The notes under the pieces were generated by a model that searched no databases, was not told the DNA's origin, and worked only from the letters and a program-made list of their open reading frames with translations. A stretch of DNA of 64,000 bases from Raillietiella orientalis. Its lineage: Eukaryota. The stretch covers positions 3,720,001 through 3,784,000 of the forward strand of contig JAYWIR010000006.1 in assembly GCA_036172245.1 (NCBI GenBank), in the 5' to 3' direction. Below, one piece after another: positions 11,095 to 22,584 of the stretch. How positions within the stretch are numbered: position 1 is the stretch's first letter; each line of letters opens with the position of its first letter. The position numbers and the translations under genes were made by a program.

Positions 11095-11241
11095 CGCAGT
11101 CTTCCAGCCTAAAAATTATGCTTCCGAGTAACCCAAGTTTGGGGTTATCGCAGAGGTCAGCCCTATCGCAGTGCAATGATCGAGCCTCACTCTGGAGGGA
11201 TCTCCACCATGACCAAGATCGGCTCGAATCCAGATATTTAT
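11095..11241 (-). ncRNA. U1 snRNA-derived sequence (variant or pseudogene) forming the 5' head of element B
   Basis: Minus strand begins ATAAATATCTGG (canonical U1 ATACTTACCTGG). It continues with a GATCT/AGATC stem I, CCTCCAGAGTGAGGCTCGATCATTGCAC, CTGACCTCTGCGA, SL III, GCATAATTTTTAG (Sm site) and GACTGCG, then loses similarity at the SL IV loop. Confidence 0.87.
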
Positions 11242-12350
11242 TTCAGCAAACAACAATGTGAAACTATGAAATTTTTTCAATCAACAATTCGATTTATAAA
11301 CCATAGAGATCCTTTTGTTTAGTTACTCTGCTTTTGAATTTTATTAGAGCCGATAGTTTCCAGTCATAGTTCCACTCTTCCAATCTGTTACAAAAGTGAG
11401 CAACTATGATTCCTACTCTGGCCTACTCTTCAATTGTGTCTTTTAACGGGAAACACTAATCATTTAATAAGTATTTAAGTAATTAATGTTTTTAGAACTT
11501 TCCGTTACTCATTCTAAATTTTCCAAGTTAAAAGTTGAAAGGAAGGCATAAAAACAAATCATTCATTCAAAAAAGCATTATTGAACAAGGCTTTTTCCTC
11601 CAAATTCATTTTCTTAATGGCCTTTCTTCGGAATTTAAAGCAGAAACATTTTCAAGATTTGGAGATTTGGGGGGGGGGGGGGTTAAACTACAAAAGTCAT
11701 GAGTCAGTCTTTACATGCATTTTGTATTTCCAATTCCCGAAGTTTTGTCATCGTTTAATTTTTATATGGATTTTCCCTTGGATCCATGGTTCTTGAATGA
11801 TAATATTTCTGAAATGTGGCAAAATTGCGGAAAACTTTTGTTTCGATCATTTTTTCAAAAATGCGTGCGCGTTATTTGGCACTCGGCAGCGCTCATTTCA
11901 AATAAATGCGCTGCGCGTTTTCGTTGTTAGACGTTTACGTATTTGTCATCTTGGAAACACGTAAGTTTCGAATAAGTTCTCGATAAGATTAAAGTGAGAA
12001 GGAAATCAGAAAACAAAGTTGGAATGCAGTCTGTTAGATCTCAATTTGATCCTTAAATGAGAGATCGTGGTATTTAAACTGTTCTACATCGCTGTGAAGC
12101 AATTAATTCCATGAATTAAAAATACATGAATGGAGAGGAAAACCATTTCATTATAGTTTTCAATTAATGTTTTCCTTGAGTTTTTAGGTATGCTTCCTTC
12201 ATTATGCATGGAATTGCCACATAGCTCAAAGTGTTAATCAATGTTATGTAGAATTTACAGTTTTTCATAAGAACTTTAGGGTTTTGAAGAATAATGCATT
12301 TTTAAGGCTCATCATAACAGCTCGATCTGAAATACTATATTGTAGAAAAC

Positions 12351-14852
12351 ATGTCCCCAAACAAAGGTTCTGCCACATCTTTGGGATTGAATAAAGCAAT
12401 CAAAACTCCTGGAAAGGGAATGAAACATCAATCTGAAAAGTAATTTGCCAGAAAGTTAAAACTGCTACATCTTGCATTGTAAAAATTCAGTAGGGTCAAA
12501 AGAATCCCAAGTGGCTATTTTTCCAAGAAGAATGTGAAAGCTTGCACTCCTTTATCTGAGTCAAACCATCAATATGGTGTGTGCAGTGAATATTCCATAA
12601 CACATGCAAAAAAAGAAATTAAAAGCTGTAGTACCCCAAAAAGTAGTAAGAGGTAAGTTTCAGAGCATTGGTGTTTCACTGGGGTTACACTGCTTAGTCA
12701 ATTAAAAAAGAATTCAATAAACCTTATATTTAGCCATAAGTATCATATATTTAATTGTAAATTAATGTGCAGGATAATTTCGCTTTGAAGTGATATGTTC
12801 ATTTTGGTTTCATGCAATTTTCCTTGATGCTTAACATATTCATTTCTTCTAAAAGGAAAGCTGGAATACTTCATGCAGGAAATCCATGTAAAAGTTATGA
12901 GTTAAATTATAAGATAAGAAAACCAAATGCACAATTAGCACCTACAATAGCTACTGAAAATGTGAAGGCTGATCAAGTAGGTGAAGTGGGGGGATGATCT
13001 CTGGAATCATGGAAAACATTTTTATTTAGAAAATGCAAGTTAAAAAGCTGAGTAAACTCACAACCTCTAAAGAAAGTGAGGAGTTAGTCACATTTCAAGG
13101 AGCACCAGATCATGATCAGCAGATGGTTAGTGTATAGGGTGTAATATACGATTTGTGATTTGTTGCAAACAGAATGATGGAATGTGCATCAATGCAGAAT
13201 TTGAAAATGGTGCTCAACTGGGTACTGCTTATAGTCCATGTTCACTGGATTCTTTGAAAATGTTTCAAGCAAGCAAGGAGCACTCACAAAAGTAGTTTCT
13301 CAAATCAAGTATTTCTTGCATTCCACAATTCTTTTCAAGTGTTCGTAATTTTGGGGGTTTATTCATATTTTGATCTATTTCCTTTGTTTCTGCTGAATTG
13401 CAGTATGACACTTGTATTTGTTTATTCTCCCCTAGAACCAGCGAAGAACTAAAAAGTATTCTGGATGATTTGATTCATCAACAAAAACAAATGCATACGC
13501 TACCACTAGCCAGTGAGCATGAGGTCATGGTGCATAAGTATAAGAGTGTAACTAATTCCTTGGTGCAGTTGATTTTAAAATCAAATCTGCATCTCATTTC
13601 ATTGACACAGGTCAGTATTGGATTAAAGTGAGAATAAAATCAGAAAACAATGCTGGAGTGCAATCTGTCAGACAAAGAAGTATGCATTTCATTTGATGCT
13701 TCCAGGAAATCTTTAATATGTCTGAAGCAAAGAAACAGCAATGTCTGAACATTGCATCAGAATGGGAAACCACAAAATTGCTCAGATCTCATTCGGAATC
13801 AAAAAATAAGGAAAATCGAGAAACAAATTGCAGTAGTAGCAGTTTGCAAAGCCTTGTGCCAAAAACTCATGATCAATGCAAACGGCAAGAACAGGACTTA
13901 AAAGGTGAAATAGCTGCCTTGAAGCAGGAGATAGAGGAATTGATTTCCAAACATGAAAAAGAGGTTGATCAAAAGATAAAGACTCTGTTTTAATAAGCAA
14001 TCATTAGACCCAAGAATGGAGCCAATTCAAAAAAGACTTGTTGACTACTGTTCAGGCTGCAAATAAGAATCAACAAGAAGAAGAAGAAAAGGTAAAACAT
14101 TTAGAGGCCAAAATTAAGAGCTTGCAAGAGGCTCAAATGCAGGAACCTAAAGATGGAGGCAATGCAACACCAATGAAACAAGATTCACCACATAAAGGTT
14201 TGAGAATTTAGATTTAATTAGTTTCATGCATGTATTTGTCAAATTTCTTTGGAAGAGGCAATATGATTTTTACTACCAAAGTAATTACCCAGTTCATAAT
14301 CATTATTGTTAGTTCCAGAAAATAAAATTTTATACATCTAACTGATAAGTCTTAGATACTGATATTTATTAATTAGATGCTATTCTCTTCCAGGCTGCAA
14401 AGACTCGATTGTCTCTGACAGTGATTCTGATAATGCTCTACTTACTTGGGTTCAAGAAAAACTAGTGGGTTACAAGGTTACAGTAAAGGATTTCAGCAGT
14501 GGTTGGAATGATGGTCTAGCCTTATGTGCACTTCTGCACTCTTGTTTTTCTGGAACAGTTTCAGAAATTCTTCTCCATAAACCAAATCTGCAATCAGCAT
14601 TGGCTATTACAAATAGCTTGGGTATTATGGTGTGTATGCTCATGAGTAAATATCTTCCTCACAAGATTTTAGGATCAAAAAGATACAATGGCGTTCGATC
14701 AAAGAAATATCAAGACATATGTTGGAACTATTCATAAATATTTTCACAATTTAGAGAACCAGAACTTGCATGCCCAAGCTGATAGGTCAAAAATGAAACA
14801 AAAGGCACTTGAGGAAATTTCTCTGCAGGGTGACTGCAAAACAAAAAATTAA
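12351..14852 (+). CDS. Cytospin/SPECC1-like coiled-coil + C-terminal calponin-homology protein, multi-exon; 5' exons uncertain
   Basis: A coiled-coil exon (~13707-13963) splices over a 44-nt intron to [19 protein letters not shown], resembling the SPECC1-family EWxQFQxDL..V..AN motif. The CH exon reads [37 protein letters not shown]. The last exon reads ...[12 protein letters not shown]... with TAA at 14850-14852. The ATG at 12351 is tentative. Confidence 0.7.
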
Positions 14853-17800
14853 ATTATTCTAGGATGTATTCGAAGTTTGCTTTTCAAATCTTAAGGATGT
14901 TTAAGTCTAAATGAAATATATCCCTTTATATGATTATAATCTACATAAATACATGTGTGTAGTAATGATTTGATGTGTATGTGTATGGATATAGGCACAT
15001 CATAAGACAATGATCTGATGAAGTTTTGGTCTGTCTCACTTGATTGCTTCCACATCCCCTGTGGTAGGGCTGTTAATCACCAAAATGAGATAGTACCTAA
15101 TAAAATGCATGCTTCCAATTTTGCAGGGTTTTACCAGAATTCAGTCACATGTCTGCTGAGCAGCATTTTGTTCCTCTATATTTGTTGCAGAAAATATTGT
15201 TCTGACACTGAAGTTCTTTGGAATGTCAATTAATAAAATTACTTCAGAGTTGAGAAATTAGGGTACAAATTCAATTTGAATGTTCATTGAAATTGAACAT
15301 ATTTGGTCAAGAATTAGCAATATAAGTTTTCCATTTATCGCTGATTGAAGAATTGTAACGTTCATCTTTCACCTTTTTCCTCAATCTAAAACTCAAGCAG
15401 ATGTCATAAAAACGATTTTTTTTGTTGGTTGAAAATGCAATTGGTTGACACTGCAACAATATTTTATTGGCAGTTTTGTTTAGAGAATGCAGCTCTTGAC
15501 CTTAATTCAAAGCAATGAGCTTGTTCGACAAAATAATGCATTTATTATAGAAATTTGCTAAGAGGACCATGTATCCTGCAAGCATCAGTAACCATTCAAA
15601 CTTAACTTACGCACAGCCCAGATTTCGATGCAGCAGATTCACATTCCTTCAGCTGCCCTGACGCAGTCAGTGTTTAAAATGGTATACGACAGAGAAGGGC
15701 TATCATAGCTTCTAAAGGAGAAACAGAAAGTAAGGAAAGAAGGCTCACAAAATTATGCAAAGGTGTCTCCAAAGACTTGTGCAGATGAGAAGTGAGGAAC
15801 ATCTAAATGTCAGAAGAAACGTGTGATATCGGTAAAACGAGGGAGCACCAACCTGAATGACGACTTGGAGGCTACCCAACGAAGGCCCCATTACGTGCAA
15901 CGTACTCAAAAACTTCACTCGAAGGCAATCGCTTGTCATTTCCAAGCTCAACTGGAGAGCCAACTTCAAGGTGTTTCGCGCGATAATTTCAGAGCTCCCA
16001 CAAATTTGTGGAGACTGCGGCATCTGCAAGCTTTCTATCATCCACTATAAAAAATTTATAAATCAAGTGATAAGTGGTTAAATTAATTGTGAAAGCTTCG
16101 GTCTTGTGCCATGCGAACTTGCTGTGAAGCACGTTTCCTCTAATGTTGTTTCTTCCTTCTTAAGGTCATCAAGAGTTCTTTTCGATTTCTGCTTTTTACG
16201 CATGACCACAAACGAATGATTTCGTCGATTTTTCATCTGTCTTCAAAAAAGCTGAATTTTGAAGACAAAGGGATAAAAAATGCATGAGACCTTGAGAATA
16301 TACATAAAAAACTTTTTCCGATGTGACTTTTTCTGGGAAATCGCTTCTTTTCCCAACTTTATATGCAACTTTCAGATAGCATTCACATTATAAATATAAG
16401 TCACTAATAATCTTCATTCCACTGCAATGTGCGCCAGCAGATATACTTCTTATTTGTTGCTCAATTGAGATGTAATAAAGGACTAATGATCTAATAAATG
16501 ATCCGAGAATGGAAAGCTGATATTATGTAATAATTCCTATGATTTCATAGATGGCGTCTCTTTTAAGCCGAACTATGTGCGAGTTTCGTATGCAGCAACA
16601 TCTCTGAGTATCCCTCAAAATCATGGACTAATACAATTTCCAGTTAATAAATTATGTTTTAAACTAATTTACTCAATAAAAGAAGATCAAGCTAAAAACT
16701 TTCAGACTGATAATCTGGAAAATATTTGATCATATTTCATTCTTATCATCTCATACATTTGCAGTTTTTCAGAAAAGCGGGCTGTGAAGTATGGGGGAAA
16801 AAATACATACTTAGGAGAGTTGCTTTGTATAATTTACAGGAATCTGTAATCATATCGGGTGTCCGCTAACAAGGACTAATAACAACTTTCCATAGTCACA
16901 AATGCATTGGAAATTACGGTGTCAAGCTATACTGCATCTTTGTAGTAGCTTGTGGAAAGTTTCTTCCCATGTGTTTCCTCACCCCAAAGTTGAATTCCCA
17001 GAAATATAAAATGAGAATTTGTGAGATATACTACATAAGCGAATGTTTGTTTTGAAGCATTAAGTAATTACACTATAAGGAACAAGTCATAAATAAATAA
17101 GGACTACATTCAAATGTATGAGTCTTCATCATTTTATGTCTTACGTCTACGTACGATTCAGTAATATGACCATTATTTAAGAATAATTATGAGCCTATTT
17201 TTCCGGGAAAATCAGTTTCTGAATCCGAATTTCCAAGTCAGTTTCCTCTCGAGAGCATTATGTTCTGATACTTTTTTTCAGAGACACTTATGCAAATTTC
17301 AACTTTGCTCAACAATGCAAAACAAGCAACCATTTTAGTCTTAATTGAACAAAAGCAGCACTGTACATGAGCAGCAAATGTTGTAATCAACTTATAATAA
17401 TCGAAAACATTGGTAGGTTTGTAAAGAAAAAAAATCAAGTGTACTTTTACAAGTACACTTGTACAAGTGCAATATTGTACTTGCACAAGTGCAATATTGC
17501 AATGCTGTCGCATTGCAATATTCCTATATCGATAAGATGCAATCAATCGGATAAAAAGAATGATATCAAGTTGATTTTCCGATCATAACAACCAGAGGAT
17601 GATATCGGTGAATGGTAAGGTAGATAAACTATAAAATAAAGAAATTTCAAGTTTTCAAAATTGAATAGCATTCGAAGACAAGATTATCACATCCATTTAG
17701 GTAACTGATAAAGAAATAAAGCAAAAAATATCCTTGTAAATACCAGTATGCTTCCTTCTGTGTTTCTGTAAAACGATGATTCGAATTTTAGCTAACATTG

Positions 17801-18618
17801 GCTTGGCATTTATTGATTGCGTATGTTGACAATCATCTCACAGCAAACTTAAGCAAATGTGAATTAATGGATACACTGCTTAGAATTCTCGACTTAAGGA
17901 GACAATACAAATAATTCTAAACAAGACTTTTCACTTTTGTGTTGTATGTTTTACCATTCTAAAACATGTCATTTTAGTTCAAGTATTACAATATTTGAAA
18001 ATCAAAAGTTCGTGTGTTTAGTGCCAAGATAAATGCACATCAGAATTATTTGCAGTTGTTCAGTTATGATCCTCCTATGGGAGATGAAAATATCTAGCGA
18101 TGAAAATAATAAATAGGAAATAATATTTTTCGCTGTATCAACGAAAGATGAGTAAGTAATGAATGATTCGATAAATAACTGAACCTTGCGCCCCAAATTC
18201 TAAATTTAAAGGACGTTTTTAGTTATGATTCGTAGGTGATTTTTTACTTGGCATTCATGCTTTTGATTGGATGCCGCTTATGTTGATGTGGTGAGTTGGA
18301 GTATATTACGCGAGGATTGTATGTCTGTCAACGTTGTCGTTGTGGTGCGTGTTACTGCTACAAGCTTTGACTTAAAAGCTCAGAATCTACATTGTGCAAT
18401 AAATTGCAAATAGCTTGAGCCAGCGAGTAAAGCTTTTTTTACGCAATTCTTTTATTGTGCTTTCACTAGTAACCAAGTTTAAAGACTTGAACCTGTGTTC
18501 GACACAGGTTCGAACCATGTGTTTCATTTGTAATATAATGCTGTTTTTAGTGTTCCTTGCTACTGTGAGTTTTCAGAACCCTTCCTCCTTTCAGGATTAA
18601 AATCTCGTAAATTTGAAA

Positions 18619-21600
18619 ATGTCAAAAAAAGATTCGAATCAAATATCTAGGGAAGTAGAATTACTACTTCAAGATTTCAGTCGTTCTGTCACCGTGAAAT
18701 CCCAGGCGCTGTTTTACGGAAATGCACTCATTGTATCTGCAGTTCCGATATGTAAGTTTTTATATGGAACTTATACTGATGCATAAGTGAAAGATTCAGT
18801 GTTGGAGATCAGGTGATGCATTAGAGCAAGCACAAGATTATGCAAAAGGTTTTCAACCAAACAATGCGTGTTTTGACCATTTCAGATAATGTATTGTGTG
18901 TAGGGTTAAATTTGGATTGAACTGAGCTGTTTAATAATTTTGTGTCTGATAAACATAAGTGAAAATAAAGTAGTAAGTGTGCCTCTACATTATCTTGAAA
19001 TAACGTATACCAGTACGTAAGCTGTTGGTGAATAATCAGAGTAATTCGCTGTGAGGAATTTGGTTACTGATTCTTGTAGTATGGTAAATGTAATTTCTAA
19101 TTTGGTTTATCGTACCTTTTTACTTATGCTTTATAAGAAAGCAAATTTTGCCCCGAGTTTTAAAACTTAATTAGATTGTCAACATCAGAAACAATAGCAG
19201 CTTTATTTTTTTTTACTGGTACATCAACCCATAAGTAACTACATACGTACTTGGATGATGCTACATGGGATTATTGTATCATTCTCATAAAACTAAATTA
19301 TATAGATGAAAGTAAGATTTGGAACGATTTTGCCATTAATCATTTGTTATTTTGGTCAATGCAATTGGTTGCAGAAATTATTATACGCTTTCAAATTTCA
19401 GTGATATGTCGTGGAGTATTGCATGTGTGCATTTATATCTGATGGCATTATTTTTAAGTTAGTTACTTCAGCCACTTTTTGTATGAAGCCTTTCTGTTTT
19501 CCATCATGAAAAATGTTTCTTCAGGTGTTCATTATTCCTTGATAAGCATGTATTTGTTTTTCTTGAATAAGCTTTTACTGTGATTGTTTCCCATGGCTTT
19601 AAGGTGAAAAGTAGAATCAAGAAAACTTATTTCCGATTGTGTAGCTTATTTTAATTTCGAATGATATAAATAATTTAACAGTAACATTATTTTACAGCTT
19701 TTTGCTTTGGTCTTCGAGATTTATTTGTTTCAAAGTGAAATTATTGGTAACTATTTGCAAGTCATGAGTTGGATTTCAGTTTCAGAATGCAATCTTGGTA
19801 ACATGGTTTAGTTTCCTAGAGTAACCTCCTAATTGTGTAGAGAGCAAGGATCAGCAAAGTTTTCATGAGAAATCATAAAAGTATTAGCGCTTGAACTCAG
19901 TAACCGTGCTTTTCAAGGCACAGTCATAAACTTTTCTTTCCAGATTTTACAAGAACATTTCAATATTGAACAACAGTGTGTAATTTCTGCATGTGATTGG
20001 AAGTGGTGGTGTTTTGGTTGATGTGCAATTCTGTGACTAATTGCATGTAATTTCTTATACTTCTCTGTTTCTGGCAGGTATCAAAGAGAATTCTCTTTGG
20101 TAGCATTTTCTGTATCTTTCATGCATTGCTGTTATTTCAAAATCTCTAATGAATGTCTTTATGAGGAAGTTTTGAAGACAGCATTCATCAGTAATCATAT
20201 AGCATTCATAAATATTATCCACTTTGTGCTTTAAGAATTTGTACTTAATTAGTTGACATTTTTAATATACCATTATAATTTCTTTCTTGCTGTGCCAGGT
20301 TAAGTTTTGTTCTCCTCAATGCAGATTGCATTATTTGGAGGTCCATCATGTTTACAGTATGCATTTGGTACTAGTGTGAACCACTAATGTTCAAGGTCAT
20401 TTTGGCGCTCCTTCTCGATTGTATACATTTTGTTTCAAAACATTTCTTTATTAGTGTTTCAATCTCATGGATGAACTGGCCTTTTTAATTTCTGTTAAAT
20501 TTGTACACCTGGTAAATGTAGTAAATAAAATAATGATATGGATGTTAATTTTTTGACACAATTTTAGTAATGAAGGACGAATTTCTGAATTCATCAGCTA
20601 AGAAGCATGAAATTTATATCTTTATACGGCATACTTCTGTGAAATTTGTAAGACTAGTTTGTTTTTAGGCTAGTTTTGTTTTTGTGCTCAGCATGCCGTA
20701 GGTATTTTAAAGAATTAGAACTACAGATTATTTAGTCACCCACAAGGATTGTGCTTTTGTTTCTGTTCTTTTAACCTTGATTCGATTGCATTAGAGTTTG
20801 TACTTCCCTTCGTTCACTTTTTTTGCACAGTGTTTTAGATTATTTTGGCTGAAATATTAAATACCGACATTTATTGTGAATTGGAGGTTTATATGTAACT
20901 TGAGGTGCAATTCCTTGTAATTGTAATTCTTGAGATCTAATCTTGAACATCCTTTTATTGCCTCAAAACACCAAATCTTAAGCAACAAATGCACCCTGTG
21001 ATAAATGTAACAAAATAAATTATTTTAAGTAGTTGATCATGTGTTTATTGATTTAAAAAGTGAATGGATTCTTTACTACAGGTGTTAACTATTAGCTTGT
21101 TGTTTGCAAAATTAAATTTACAAGACGTGGTTTTTACTTATTTCAGATCAAAGTTATACCCTACAATTAGTTTTTGTTTGATTGCTAGGGGTTGAACTTT
21201 TCCCTTCAAAGCACTCTTGAAAGATTCTGTCTTGAAATAGATTTAGATTTCATTTTCAACTGTGGGCTTTTTACAAGTTGCATGTATTGAATGTTTTGCA
21301 TGAACATTTTGAATAATTGTCTTTGTCGTCAAATACTATGTTTTTTTTTTTTTCTTCTTTTAAATTATTTAGGGCTCTTTTGGAGAATACATTCCATGCC
21401 ATTGACGGAATCATCAATTTTATTTACTTTAGTGACCTTAACAAGCACGTACTTTGTAGCCACTGCTTACAAAAATATGAAATTCTACTTGAAACATAAA
21501 ATTGCCCAGAAGCATGAAGATGCAATCATAAGACATATACATGCTAGTTTTGTTGAAGGAAGCAAAATGACAAAGAAGGAAAAAGATGAGAGGTTTGTGT

Positions 21601-22584
21601 TTAGTTTGATTGATTTAATTTGATTTGTGAGAAATTTGAATTTCACAGGATACTTTGGAAGAAGAATGAAATTGCTGACTATGAAGCCACCACATTTTCA
21701 ATATTTTACAGCAATACTGTATTTTTATTGCTTATAATTATAGCATCATTTTATGTCTTCAGTTCTTTTAAACCTCCACTGTATCCTTGGCATTTGTCAA
21801 TTTTGTGCTCATGCAAATTTTTGTGCGATGTTTCATTACTGTTCTTTACCGGAATTGAGGTTTTTGGAGGAGGCCACTTTGAACACTGATATATCTTTGC
21901 ATTTATAATCCACAAATGGACTGGCATATCCATTGTAACGAATCAGATAATTAAGTTAATGTCGTTGTAAAATCTTTCGAGCAGTCTTTTCCTTTTTTAT
22001 AAGAGAGGAAGCTTGATTATTTTTTGTATTCGACTCGTATGTTTTTTTTTTATTTATTTAATGCACATTTATTGAGACAGACTTTTGCAGTCAGCACAAG
22101 CGTCGCCATGGAAAACGCATCGAAAATTGATCGTTTTGGATGTTGAATTCCCATCCCTAAACCATTATTTTCACTGAAAATATTTGTTGTGCCACTATAG
22201 AGTTTCGTGTTTTGGCTTCATGCAAGGTACATTACATGAAAGGACGCGGAGCATTCTGTTGTCCCGTGTGTTTAGAAATCGGGTGTACGATATTTATGTA
22301 TTTCTCATGAATTTCATAGCTGCTGACTTGCGTTCATGTGCCATACAGTACAGTACCTGTGCGAAAATCCATTCAGTTTCCTATTTAATGACTTGACTAC
22401 ATCTACATAACCTGTATTTTTCACGCAGTTCTCAACTGTGTGTGTGTGCGTTTTTTTTTCTTTGGCAATGTGTCGCATCCATTGTGTATACACAGTTTTA
22501 TCCTTAATGGTACTCAGAAACTACACGTTGTCAGTGGGAGGAGCCGGCGTTTTGCTCGCGCTGTTTTCGACAGGCAGCGAGTGA
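18619..22584 (+). CDS. SSR3: Translocon-associated protein subunit gamma (TRAP-gamma); exons 18619-18751, 21373-21592, 21649-21780, 22518-22584; 183 aa
   Basis: The spliced translation contains [71 protein letters not shown] and [21 protein letters not shown]. Exon lengths sum to 552 nt, in frame. Confidence 0.96.
21781..22517 (+). other. U12-type (minor spliceosome) GT-AG intron in SSR3
   Basis: 5' site GTATCCTT at 21781. Branch-point-like TCCTTAAT at 22501-22508 lies just upstream of the CAG acceptor ending at 22517, with no polypyrimidine tract. Removing the intron restores the conserved SSR3 C-terminus. Confidence 0.92.

Larger units (their letters stand above)
5556..11241 (-). mobile_element. 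Tx1/L1-clade non-LTR retrotransposon, copy B, with U1-derived head; interrupted by a nested insertion at 6009-6937
   Basis: ORF1 with SYAAAA motif. ORF2 with APE (SWNVNGL, CLQ, GVAILV, GDFN, IDHVLF, SNH), RT (WRPITILNTDAK, RGVRQGDALGP, LA*ADD, YLGI) and CxxC..H..C finger. 3' UTR ends with minus-strand AATAAA at 5564-5569. Confidence 0.93.

Noticed and set aside
15745..16240. Short overlapping ORFs in a mildly GC-richer patch
   Set aside because: No recognisable domain or consistent exon structure.
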